Source of the DNA: Eledone cirrhosa
Lineage: Eukaryota
DNA length: 64,000 nt
Direction: 5' to 3'
NCBI GenBank assembly: GCA_964016885.1
Contig: OZ024742.1
Coordinates: forward strand, 50,654,001 to 50,718,000
Position 1 is the stretch's first letter. The number at the start of each line of letters is the position of its first letter. Positions 51,153 to 64,000 of this stretch are shown in pieces. The notes beneath the pieces were generated by a model. It searched no databases, was not told where the DNA came from, and saw only the letters and a program-made list of their open reading frames with translations. Position numbers and translations under genes: made by a program.

Positions 51153-51849
51153 GTGTGTGTGTGTGTATAAATAGGTAGATATATAAATATAGATATAGAT
51201 ATATGATAACATATAGCTGGACTTCAAACATTCAGTTTCATACTATGGCGTGCATATCAAGAACAAAAACAAAATAACCATTAAAACATATTTATTGTCT
51301 TCGAAATGACATAAAAGGAGGATGTAATAACTGAAGACGTGCACATGATATCGCCTTTCTTCTTTGTTATAATGCACACACTACATCCCCATTCCCGGCC
51401 CTATACAAGCACGTAATGATCCGAAATCCTGAGACTTAGCTGTTTAAGTTTGTATCACGGTATCGGTGTACGAGATATTTTGCAGCTTCTCTTACAACCA
51501 TACTATGTAATGAAATATACCGACCATTACTATTTTCTCTACCTCCTCTTTTCTCTAAAAACGATCTAGGCTGTTGCTATGTGCCTGTTTCTGTACGTAT
51601 ATATAGCAATTCATATGAGATCTTATACACCTCTTACGTCGGTCAGCAGCCAGCTTTTCATGGTTCAGCATTTTTCAATTATAAGAACACACCTTAACGC
51701 CCACCCACACGCACGCTAACATGCATGCATGCTCACTATACAATTGTTATCTCCGTCATTAAACCTTTTAACGCCGACGATGCCAATTGACCAGCCACTA
51801 TCAAACATGACCGATTGAATACGCAAGCTTTTTCGTCTCCAAATGTGTC

Positions 51850-52031
51850 CCTTATTTTTCAATTCCCCTTTTTAACACTCTTTACTTTCTATTCATCTTC
51901 TATTTCTCTCTCGTCTGACGGATGACTAATGTCCGAAACATTAAAACTGTATTTCTGCTATTTCAAGCGTTAAACTAATATATTTCTTCCATGTACTATG
52001 CCGTTCTTTTAATTTTTGTTTACATTTTACA

Positions 52032-52035
<4 letters not shown>
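51850..52035 (+). mobile_element. Neptune-type PLE 3' end with degenerate HHR
   Basis: CTGACGGATGACTAATGTCCGAAACATT and the downstream TTTCAAGCGTTAAACTAATATATT match 43790-43870. Confidence 0.6.
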
Positions 52036-52088
<53 letters not shown>

Positions 52089-52199
52089 CCTAACAGCCCT
52101 TTTGATAGTATTGTTGCCACTGTGGTTGGGACTGAATGCTATGATCTTTGCTGGCCTTGTACCTTCCAGTGATAGAGGAGGATTGTATTAACTGGGAAT

Positions 52200-53090
52200 G
52201 TTTTCATTTTCATCTTCTTGTTTCAACGGACTACTATTGTGGTTAGTTTAATTTTCATGGAAGCGTGGCTTTTTTCCTGTTGCCGTCGTCGCCGTTGGTG
52301 GGGTCATCGCTGGTCCTGTTGTTATTGGTGTTACCAATGGCTTAATACTGACATAGTTGTTACCACCACTACTGCGACGAACGGGATGGGTTATGGGCGG
52401 TGTTGATGTTTGTTGTCGTTGTCATTGTTGTTGTTACTGTTTATGGTCATGGTGATTGATATCACCAACTCTATGTACACACCTACCTCTAAACTCCTTG
52501 TTATTGATTTGGTGTTATCACTGTTTACGGTCAACAGAGTGGTACCGTCACTGCGAAGACTACGACATGTATACACGACGCTGGTCTGTGTTTTTGCTGT
52601 TGTTGTCGTGTGTTGCTGTTGTTGTAAGTGTGTTTACTGTAGCTGTTGTTTTAGTTGTCGTTGTCAATAGGGTGATGGTATCAGCACGACTATTGCGACC
52701 AGTGTGGATAACTTTGGTCGTTGGTTTGATGTTATTGCCATTGTTGTTGTTGCTGTTGTCGTTGTCGTTGTGGTTGTTGTCTATAGTTGGTCGTCACCTA
52801 AATGTATACCCCACCCCCCTCAGAGCTCCTTGTGTTCCTTCAAAATGTCTACTGGGTGTTGGTGGTTGTACACGTTTCTTTGTTCTTTTCATCTTTTTTT
52901 CGGTGATAGCTTTTTCTACAAACGCGACGGCTGGCAAACTCTTCAAGGAACCCATATGTATGTTGGGCGCACAGGATGAGTGTTTTCCTGCCAGAGGCAT
53001 ATCAAATATATCGATCTTCATCTGTGGAAACCGTTCTCATAATCAACAGCAAAATGCATGACGGACATCTCGATTGCATGGAGAACCGTA
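52200..53090 (-). mobile_element. Possible decayed LINE ORF1-like low-complexity fragment
   Basis: Thr/Asn-rich minus-strand frames similar in style to 13765-14280. Degenerate knuckle-like RRVCRKSYHRKKD. Confidence 0.25.
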
Positions 53091-53141
53091 GAAATAAATA
53101 TTATGATTAATCTATATATGTAACCTCAGCATCTTATTTTA

Positions 53142-53226
<85 letters not shown>

Positions 53227-53312
53227 GGAGGTGAGTGTTACTGTAGTACAATAAAGCAATGCAGATATCGGATAAGAAGCACTCTACAGTTTGTAGGACT
53301 GGAGTATCCATA

Positions 53313-54235
<923 letters not shown>

Positions 54236-55222
54236 TATGTATATTGGGTGGAGGTGTCTGTGTGTATGTCTGAGTATAGATGTATTGATACATATATGTA
54301 TGATATCTATGTGTATCTCTGACTGTACGTTTCTGAAGTAATGTTCATCTATTTCTAAACACGTGTTTTATATGGTAAACGTTTTTTAAAACATTAATGT
54401 TTATGGCTTGAGTGAAAGTCTGTTACTTGGAAGGAAAATAAAAAATGAAAAAGAAACACAATATTAATAAAATACTTCGTGAGGGAATGAGAAGATAAGC
54501 AGAAATGAAGAATGCGAGTGAGGTAACGTCTCCCATCTATAACTTAAAGCAAATCGTGATATCGTAAATCACATGCACTCAAAAGATGTAAAGGAATGGA
54601 AGTGGCTGAAACATGAAAACGAATAACTGTAAAAAGATATTCATAACAAATGGCTCTTGCTAAACATCTAGAGCAATTAGAAACATTGTGCTTTTCAAAT
54701 TGGCTTCGTTTCAAAACAAATCAAAAGCATGAATAAAACGCTGAGAAAATGATATCAGGCTTCTGTAACTAATATTAAATGCTTTCGTTATTGTGCATGT
54801 TGTTATTGCTGTTGTTTTCATAACTGTTGGAGTTGTTGTTGTTGACATGATATATAAAATGATTATTTCTGATTAGCAACAAAGAAATTGAATCTAAAAT
54901 TAATGCTGATTCTTGCATAAAATGTGGTGGTCGTGGTGGGAACGTTATTTCGAAACAATATATCATATCCTTTGAAACGAAAACTTATGTTAATAAATCT
55001 CGCATCATAGATTTGTTTATCATTTTTAAACATGAGATACATTTATCATGTACATGGGAGATATATGGGTGACTGGGAACGTATTTTTGAAATCGATGAG
55101 CGTGATGTGTAATCAAAAATATATTACCGTTTATTACTCTTCAACAATTATACCATAATATTATAGGTTCTTTCCTTCAACATATACTGCATCAAAATGT
55201 AGCGCTAAATTAATATCATTCC

Positions 55223-55305
<83 letters not shown>

Positions 55306-55660
55306 CATTTAATCGCGTTCAAAATCCAATACAATGTTTTCAGAAGTGTTTAAAACGATACACATTAGAAAGATCTTTTTAATGTAATATTTACGAACCA
55401 ATTATATTTCCTTTGTGTGCTTTAGCTATAGGCTAGAAAGAGTAGCAAAATATCGTTTTAGAATTTGAGGATAACACATTGGATAATATATATTTAGATA
55501 CACATGTTAAAATGGTAATACTAAAATTGTGATTTTCACTGATCGAAGAATCATTTATATACGGCGGCAGTGTCATACACAAATGTAAATTATATGGCGA
55601 AAATATATACATCCTTCAAAAAAAAAAAAAGAGAAACGCTGACATACAGTAACAAAAGTT

Positions 55661-55696
<36 letters not shown>

Positions 55697-55736
55697 GGGT
55701 GGGGGGTATATATATACATACATATATATAGGTATT

Positions 55737-56156
55737 AGGATTGGTGCTGTGAAATAGCGATGTATATATGAATATATGTATGGTATGCTTGGAAATAAAC
55801 CGCATGTTTAATTAGAAACATATAGAATACCATACGCTATCAGTTTTAAAGAAGTGACTATGTCATTTACTTCTTTTCGGCGAAAGAAGGGAGAGAAACT
55901 GACTGTCTGTTTCACGCTGGTTGGCGTTCATCAAAGCAACGAACTCCCCTGCTTCCGCCGAAAATTATAGAAGCTGTATTCTTATAGAATTCCAGTAATA
56001 ACCAGATGCTGATGAGAGAGAGCGATTGCCCGCCCCGCAAAAATAAGTAAGTGACATAGTCACTACTTTAAAACCGATAGTGTATGGTCTTCAAAATGTT
56101 TTTAATTAAACATACTGTATATTGCCAAATATACTATACATACATTCATATGTATA
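55737..56156. mobile_element. Inverted-repeat element with HHR-like motif in the spacer (55898-55937, minus strand)
   Basis: 55762-55880 versus 56037-56156. GCT-TTGATGA-ACGC CAACCA GCGT-GAAA-CAGACAG-TC-AGT. The arm also occurs at 22851-22950. Confidence 0.7.
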
Positions 56157-56162
56157 TATATA

Positions 56163-56539
56163 TATCAAAATAAAGATCCGAAGGCATGGTATACATTTCC
56201 AATCATTTTAATCACGACACATGTCTCAATAAGAGATAGATCGATGTGTAGCCATGATCGATTATCACTGATCTCGTCAGGTAAAAATGAATTGTCTCCA
56301 AATACTTGATATGAGGGAGGAAATTAACGGTGTTCACTCATATAAAGAACTAAACTCTGTGAGTGAACACCGTTAATTTTCTCCCTCATATCAAGGATTT
56401 GAAGACAATTCCTTTTCACCTGACGAGATCAGTGATAATCGATCATGGCTACACGATCGATCTATATCTTATTGAAACATTTGTCGTGATTAAAATGATT
56501 GGAAATGTATACCATGCCTTCGGATCTTTACTTTGATAC
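56163..56539. mobile_element. Inverted-repeat element (about 178-bp arms) with two outward HHRs
   Basis: 56416-56489 (+) TCAC-CTGACGA-long stem II-GAAA-CATTTG-TC-GTGA. Mirror copy 56212-56284 has GAGA in place of GAAA. Confidence 0.85.
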
Positions 56540-57399
56540 AAATACTCCGTGTTACATCATCTAGCTGTTCCCATAAATGGAATTGGAGATATACAAAAGC
56601 GTGGAGAACTTAATATTGCTAACAAAATTGTATTGAATCGTTTGACACAACCAATAATACATCTTACTATATATATATATATAACAAATAGTTATCGCTC
56701 TACATGGCTGATTACAATAAATGTAATCTGAGTTTTTAGAATATTTATGATAATATTCGATTCATATGCAATGATGCAAACACCTTCTTTTAAGCCATGT
56801 CAGTCTACCAGCTGATATGCAGATCTGACTAATTGGCCAGTCTACTAATATGCAAATCAGGCCGACCAGTCACTGTATATTTCAGAAAATATAATATATT
56901 ATCACTAGCTCTGACAATTGGCAGGTGAGCACAGTAAACTCCACTGATGAAGAGTAATCACCCAGAAACATTAGTGTCTGCAGTTCTGTTTACATGCCAA
57001 CACAAGAGCAGGAATGAGGGGCTCATTCTACTAAAATTATTAACAAAAATATTATTTGGCAAATTAAATGAAGAATCAAAATTTTCAACAGACGAAAACA
57101 TTGCCAGTAGCAACATACAGATTCGACTGCTATTGATGTGCTCCAATAGTATACATATAATATTCAAATGTGCATGATGACGATCCTCAATAACCAAAGA
57201 AGCCTCGTCCACTTCAGTTTTGAAGTGTTCGTTTCTTTTGCCAAAAAACACCGGGTGGTTGCCTCAACTATTTGCCTCTGATTAATTAAAATAAAACTCA
57301 CCGTGATGACGCTAATAGTACGGAAACAGTAATGCTTTGTTTTCAGCGATCCTCATAGGGATCACTTGGTTATATCAGTGATGTTAACCCTCAACATAT

Positions 57400-58900
57400 T
57401 ATATCTGGCATAACATTTGCACTTCGCTCTGATATCTTAGCCGCAATAAAGAAAATGCAACTCAGTAGGCCCCGATATATTCTCTGTTGGTATCCTGAAG
57501 AGTTGTTAACACAAAATTGTAAATCATCTAGCTAATATGTGAAGCAGCTCACTGGACGTTGGTTATATCCCAGAAAATGTTCTGTAGTTCCAGTTTTCAA
57601 AAAGGGAAATAAGTCCCTTGCAGTGAATGACCGTCTAATATCACATACCGTTTATACCATTAAGGTTTTTGGGCGGGTGGTTAGATTACTTTCGCGAAAG
57701 CAACAATCTACTGAACTCCAACTAGAACGAGACTTGTGATGACAGGAGCTGTCTAACGCAGCTTTTTCATCACTTTCATTGCATCTGAAGCTTTGGAAGA
57801 GATCTCCAATTGTTATACACTTTCATTTCCACAAGGCATTTGAGAAGATCGAACACGGCATCCTGTTCAAAAACCACAAGTCATTTATTTCTGTAGAAAG
57901 TTAAGTGTTTACTAATGAACAGAGACCAGGTGGTTGTGAACGCAGGAATAGGAGCAGGATCAGCCCAAATCAGCAGTGGCATGCCACAAGCACTGATTTG
58001 GGCTCACTTCTCTTCGTTACTTATATTAATGATAGTATTGACGTCAAGAAGTACAAACACATAAGATGATTCCAAGCTGCACAAGGTTATCAAGGGAGTG
58101 GAAATCAGTTCGGGCCTTCAAACGTGTTTGCTTTTTATTATCCGATGAGCGAAAACATGCTGCTTAACGAAGATAAATTTGGAAAGAAAGTAGGATGAAC
58201 ACAATTTACCATATTGTCTTCCCTCATGGGAAGCCATCGTGGCATCCAACTACACCTTAGAACTAGCAGTCAATTTGCCGTAACATATCACACGCAATAT
58301 TCATATAAATTACAAATTTGTCATGGTATGCAGGATGTCTTCCTGGACTCTTGAAACTTTGTTATCGAAAGATATCCACACCATCACCCTTGTTTCCTCT
58401 ATTTTTGTCCGGCCCAACATTGAACACTTGTCAATTGCGGTTTCCTCACAAGAAACAAAGTATTATAAAAATCAAAGCACCCAAAATATCAATTACAGAA
58501 AAACGATAGACGGCTTTACAGGCTTTCACTATTACGGTCAATTAGAAAATCTAAAAATTCTACCCTTTCCAACGCCGCCGTGTGCGATACAACAACTGTA
58601 TGATGTGAAATATCCTATCAACATCGTTCAAATGTTGTTGGTATCAACTATAGAATCCACCCATGTCTTAGTACCCGTGCTATCCTCCAAACACAAACAT
58701 CATATTCGCATATCATAACAAAGTAACAGAACAACTAGTTCACCTAAACTGGTAACGCTGTCTCTAATATCGTACCAAAATACATAAAAAAGAAACAGTA
58801 ACCATAAACTTCAAAATATTCCTCGAAAGTTCGTCCAGGAAATTGCAGATAAACTATCTTCACGCTTATATGTCTCAGAAAAAAAAATGCTTCACTATAG
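57400..58900 (+). mobile_element. Highly decayed CR1-group LINE RT region
   Basis: GPDIFSVGILKSC, VVPVFKKGNKSLAVNDRLISHT..IKVFGRVVR, RSCLTQL, HKAFEKIEHGIL, SSGMPQ, LLFVTYIND. Confidence 0.75.
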
Positions 58901-59009
58901 TGAACCCTGGTTTACAGAACATGACGTCTGAATCATAATTTGAAAGATTTAGGCAGTTATCATGGCCTGAAGTAGTACTGGCCGAAACTTACCAAAATGA
59001 TAACAGTTA

Positions 59010-59808
59010 AAATGCAGAAAGTGAGAGCTTCATTTTAGCTGCACTAGATCAATATATTTGAACACGCACCTTTCAAGCCAATGTGATCAGATACGGGACA
59101 GACCAAAAGTGTCAATTCTGTGATGACCATGTTGAAACCATTGACCAACTGGTCTCAGGCTACAAATGTGTATCTCCCCAGGAATATAATACGTGGCATG
59201 ATAAAGTGGAGTAATACTTACACTGGGTAATGTGCAGTTTCTGTGGTCTGGAAACGGAGGGAACATGCTGTAATAATCACCCAGATGCAGTAACTGGAGG
59301 CGAGATCATGACAATCATATGGGATTTCACTATGAACACTGACCGAACAATCAAGGCCAACGGATCTGATACAATTCTGAAGGACCATAAAGAGAATATT
59401 TCATCAGGTTGTAACATCTTCTCATACGTTTTTGTAAAGCTCAGTAACTATAAAGCCCTCTCAATCGAAATTGAGTAAATGTGGTATCTTAAGGCCTGTA
59501 CATTTCCAATGATAGTTGGCGCACATGGAATGATAAAAAAAGGAACTGTAAAATCTTTGGACCAGATACCTGGAAAGCCATCTCTCTAAGGGCTACAAAA
59601 AACAATATTGACTGTCCATGACCTGAGAAGGGCATTATCAACTTAAAAACATTGTGAAGACATTTACTGTTGTTTGTGCCTTTGTGGCATCATTTGTATG
59701 ACAATTTATTGTAAAATGGGTTTAAAATTTGGTCTCCGTTGCGTTGTCGGATTGATTCGCATGATTTGAGAAAAAGGCATAACTCAAAGGAAGTTTAAAA
59801 TAATAATA
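59010..59808 (+). mobile_element. R4/Dong-type LINE 3' fragment (CCHC plus RLE)
   Basis: ESESFILAALDQ..KCQFCDDHVETIDQLVSG..HDKV..IIWDFTMNTDRTIKANGSD. Ends in TAATAATA. Confidence 0.75.
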
Positions 59809-59819
59809 CATCTTGGTAA

Positions 59820-60242
59820 CAATATATGTGATGTGGCAGTGCTAAGGTATAGCGCTGGTGTGATAGAGTGGAGATGTGATGAACTTAAGTAGCTTGAAAA
59901 ACAGGAAGCTGATGACACTACAATGGGCTCTACACACCGAACGTGACAATATGTATCTATCTCAACAGAGATGAGGATGATATTTCATTAGGTGTGAAAT
60001 ATGTGTGAAGTCGGAGGGATATAATGTGGCATGGTATACAACGTATTCAAAGAAGAGATTCGTGGCTGGAGTAAGAATGATACTGTTCCTAAACTGATGA
60101 AGCAAAGGAAAAGTAATAAGTTAAACAAGACAGACTGAATGACGTCTTGAATAGATGGGAGAAAAGAATGTAGGGTCAATTTGTACGTGAATTGCCTGAG
60201 ACAACTGACAAAGATAGTATTCGGTAATGGCCTAGAGAAAGT
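59820..60242 (+). mobile_element. Second R4/Dong-type fragment (post-RT region)
   Basis: AVLRYSAGVIEWRCDELK..RKLMTLQWALH, homologous to about 16015-16150. Confidence 0.6.
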
Positions 60243-60244
60243 TA

Positions 60245-60690
60245 CTTAAATGTTGAAACGGAGGCGCATTCTCGGAGTAGGCCCATTCACACGTGCCATT
60301 CTGCCCATATTCGCCCACTTTTTAACAAATGTACTGGGGATAGCAATTCTCTCTCCACCCTGACCTTTCTTTCCATGTGAAAGTTGAAAAAGCTGATCAG
60401 GGATTGACCGAAGAGAAAAGTGTCCGTCATCACTCCTTTCAACCCGGTCCACGACACAACATTTTTAGCTACCGCCGCCAGACAGAGGAACATTAATTGC
60501 TACTCCCGGCCGAAAGAAGGTGGCAGATCGATGTTCATTATGGACTCGATTTATAGACGCGACAACAGATGCTCGACAGAACTCCGCAAGTCAGTAATGC
60601 AAAGATACTGGACGGATGCACGCTTTCTTATTTTAACAAGGAAAAAGCACTTCGGGCACGTAGTACTTCGCAGGTTGTGATGTTGACAGG
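60245..60690 (-). mobile_element. L1/Tx1-like ORF2 C-terminal fragment
   Basis: FLCLAAVAKNVVSWTGLKG..FFNFHMERKVRVERE..FVKKWANMGRMARVNG, homologous to 21690-21925. Confidence 0.7.
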
Positions 60691-61064
60691 GACAAAAACG
60701 AAGCAATTATTCAGATTCCGGTATTTGCATATCTCTTATTAACCAACAATATACACACATACAAATTGTGAATAATATTTCAAATAATTTACCTTTCTCC
60801 AATCTACCACCCCCTATAAAACGGCAGATTGTTACGAATAGTGTAATTAAGTGTGTTACTCCTAAAATGACGTAGTTAGTTGAAAGTAAGTCTTGGAAAA
60901 CGTGTATCTGAATGCAAGTAAATATTTCTCTATGTATAATCAATGTATCGGGCTACGAAATTTGCAAATTGGTAACCGCTTCACAACATGTAACCAGAAA
61001 ATACGCACACACACACACGCGCACACACACACGTATACACACACACACATACATACACACACAC

Positions 61065-61103
<39 letters not shown>

Positions 61104-61327
61104 ATATATATATATACGTGTGCGTGTGTGTGTGTGTGTGTGTGTATATCTTTACACACACTCTCGCACACACACACACACTGATACACATACGCACACA
61201 TGCACGCACACACACACATACACATACATATATATATAACCAAAGTTTATATGGTTCGTTTATTATTCAACGAATACAATGTTTCAATAGATTAGAAGCA
61301 CTCGACAGATTTTCTGGAATATTTAAT

Positions 61328-61661
61328 ATTATTCAAAATATTAATAAATGGTAAATAATCTCATAACCAAAATATATAGTTTAACTTACATATTTCAAAG
61401 ATACAATATTTTTTTCAGTACTTTTTCATTAGATAAACTATATGAGTGATTGGATATGCGACATACCGCTACGGTTTTGATTAATCAATACCTCTACAGG
61501 AATTGAATAATCAAAACCGTAGCGGTATGTCGCATATCCAATCTCTCATATATGTTATCTGATGAAAACGTATTGAAACACCATTGTACCTTTGAAATAT
61601 GTATAATAAAATATATATTTTAGTTATGAGAATATTTTTCATTTATTGATATGTTGAATAA
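61328..61661. mobile_element. Inverted-repeat element (about 160-bp arms) with outward HHRs
   Basis: 61555-61609 (+) TTAT-CTGATGA-AAACGTA...TACCTTT-GAAA-T ATGT A-TA-ATAA. Degenerate mirror copy at about 61385-61436. Confidence 0.8.
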
Positions 61662-61667
61662 TCTATG

Positions 61668-61756
<89 letters not shown>

Positions 61757-61808
61757 ACACTCACGCACACACACACACAAACGAACATACACATGCACAC
61801 ACACAAAT

Positions 61809-61849
<41 letters not shown>

Positions 61850-61854
61850 ATTGT

Positions 61855-62320
61855 AATAATATTGCCAGAATTAATAACAGATCACACTCACTGTTTGTTT
61901 GGTTTTCGCTTCTGTATCTTTTATATCAGTTAATTCATTCGGTCATCAATGTTTACCATTGACAGACCAACGGTCAAAAATACAGATATAATATATATAT
62001 AAACATCTTTGGCGTAAATATGCATTACAACAGGAGGAACATAATAGCACCACTGACGATGTTGCAGATGTGCAACGAAAGCACTTTGTTAGACTGTATA
62101 TATGTGTTTATATCTATATTATATCAGTATTTTTGACTGTTGGTCAGTCAATGGTAAACATTGAGGAGCTAATGAATTAACTGATATTAAAGATACACAA
62201 GCGAAAACCAACCAATCAGTGTGTTATTAATTCTGGCAATATTATTACAACAATATGACCCTCCCCAAATATAACAATATTTGTTTCGACACACGATTTC
62301 ACATCCAAAACCTCGCTAAC
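61855..62320. mobile_element. Head-to-head pLTR pair (family B) with HHR at 62049-62090 (+)
   Basis: 61855-61995 is inverted relative to about 62110-62248. CTGACGA-T-GTTGCA GATG TGCAAC-GAAA-GCAC-TT. ORF start MTLPKYNNICFDTRF at 62255. Confidence 0.8.
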
Positions 62321-63711
62321 CTTATGAACAAAAATAGCAATTCCGTTTATTTTACACGGATACCGTCGCATTATAATTAATTATGAAATGAAAAGTGCTT
62401 TGTTTTCCAAACTTTCATTTCGGAAATAACAAACAAATTATGAAATTATAAAATAAGTGTTTATCGTGCAATTAATATTCACACTCGATACCAATAACTG
62501 CGTTTTTCCCTTTTGATCTCATACATGAAATAATGGTAAATCTAGAACAATCTTTGACTCTTTACGTTGCCTTTAGAATATGACTACATCTTATATGTTT
62601 GTTTGGACACATATTTCAAGTACACCAATGAATTAAGTTCAATAGTGTAGTAATTCATTTAGTGGTCACCAATGTGTTTGAACAGAGAACAATGGACTTG
62701 AATAAATATTCCACAGAATATTAAAGGTCTTCGGTGAAACTATGCTATATGATGAGGAATACTTTTAATTTGATTTCACTGCCATCAATGATTAATGAAT
62801 ACATATTCGTCAATGTGATAGCCATGATTGTATTCTCTCACAATATTTATAAATTTGCTGTGAACTCAACAATGCAGATACAATATGTTCGTTGATAGAG
62901 AGTACATTTTCCCCCTATATTTTCTTTCTTTTTATCAATTGAACTTTATATTTCCGGGTTTGTTTGAACGGTGTTCAAAAAATACACGGCGCCGTCAAAT
63001 ATTAACTGAATGAACAAATAAATATATCTTGGCAATGTATAATATTCTTTTTAAAGAACTGGATTGTGTTCCACGTACAGTTATATATCTGATTAGTGTT
63101 TGGGATAATAATTAAGAGGAAATAGTCGACGAATGTTTTCGAAACGTATGTAATTTCAGGGAATTTTTGTTTGCCTTTGTTTTGTGACATACTCCAGGAG
63201 ACTGTTTGACTTCTCTGTTGGAGACTGTGAAACCGAATGCACCTGCAGTATCTTCGGCAGGGTTTGAAACTTTGTTCGTCTATTTCGACAGCCGATGGCT
63301 GCTCAGTACTTAATATCTGTAGATAATTTGTTCCATAGATACACAAAGCGACTTGCAATAGTATGATCTTGTAAATCTATTAGAATAGTTTAATTTCTCC
63401 ATTAACATCCCGCTTCTTTTACACAACAAGGCCAGGTGCAGCGACTTAATTTCAAGCCACTGGCAGAATCACAAATACATAGCTAACTACTGCCAGCATT
63501 TCGGGTCCCTGGAAAATACCCTATTTTTCCTTGTGTTCTTTTCTCTACAAACGCCCTGAAGATCTTATCCCAATTCTGAGTGTTCATAAAACTGACTGTG
63601 GGAATATGGATTTATTGGCATAACTGATATTAACAGTTTGACACTAACTTATTAATTGGTAGTTATTGATTGTATTAATGTTAATGATAAGCATAATTAA
63701 TTTGCTCGATG

Positions 63712-64000
63712 CTAGTCGAAAGCTTTCGATTGGGCCAAATTAATCAGTGCCACACAAAAGATATCTTTACTCACTATCCTCTCTATCATATATCGCATGA
63801 TGTGGAGGTTATCGTGTATGGACCTCGTCGGGATTCTGCAGGTCTGCGCCTCCACTACATGACTCTTTACGGCAAGCGACAACCTCGTTCTTAACACTTT
63901 GGCTAACATTTTACCCTCGGTCTTAAACTGTGTTATATGGCGGAAATTATCAGTAACTACCCCTTCGTTCTCCTCGATCTTCACCGGTTTTACTACACTT
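63712..64000 (-). mobile_element. L1/Tx1-like RT fragment running off the window
   Basis: NFRHITQFKTEGKMLAKVL..RL..EAQTCRIPTRSIHDNLHIMRY..LINLAQSKAFD. Confidence 0.85.

Noticed and set aside
63002-63358. 118-aa minus-strand ORF as a host exon
   Set aside because: No recognisable domain or splice context, and neighbouring frames are interrupted.

Overview
Gene-free, AT-rich, microsatellite-dense animal DNA. The tRNA-derived SINE family and the overall repeat mix suggest an octopus/cephalopod genome, but that is inference. I find no host gene, and most ORFs in the supplied track are (TA)n/(CA)n/(GA)n artefacts. The window is a mosaic of decayed retroelements: at least six Penelope-like elements (PLEs, RT plus C-terminal GIY-YIG) of three lineages, one near full-length RTE LINE, R4/Dong-type RLE LINEs ending in (TAA)n, L1/Tx1 and CR1 remnants, and five SINE copies. 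The main signal is about 30 type-I hammerhead ribozyme (HHR) motifs or remnants, read by eye, from roughly 14 sequence families. Most sit in short MITE-looking palindromes embedded in (TA)n. Wherever orientation can be read, the two arms are PLE 3'/pLTR ends joined head to head with the ribozymes pointing outward. Two palindromes have their axis in the ribozyme's stem II. Several families carry non-canonical catalytic cores (U4A with stem-I covariation, U3-A8, U4C). All folds are manual and untested, and element boundaries are approximate.
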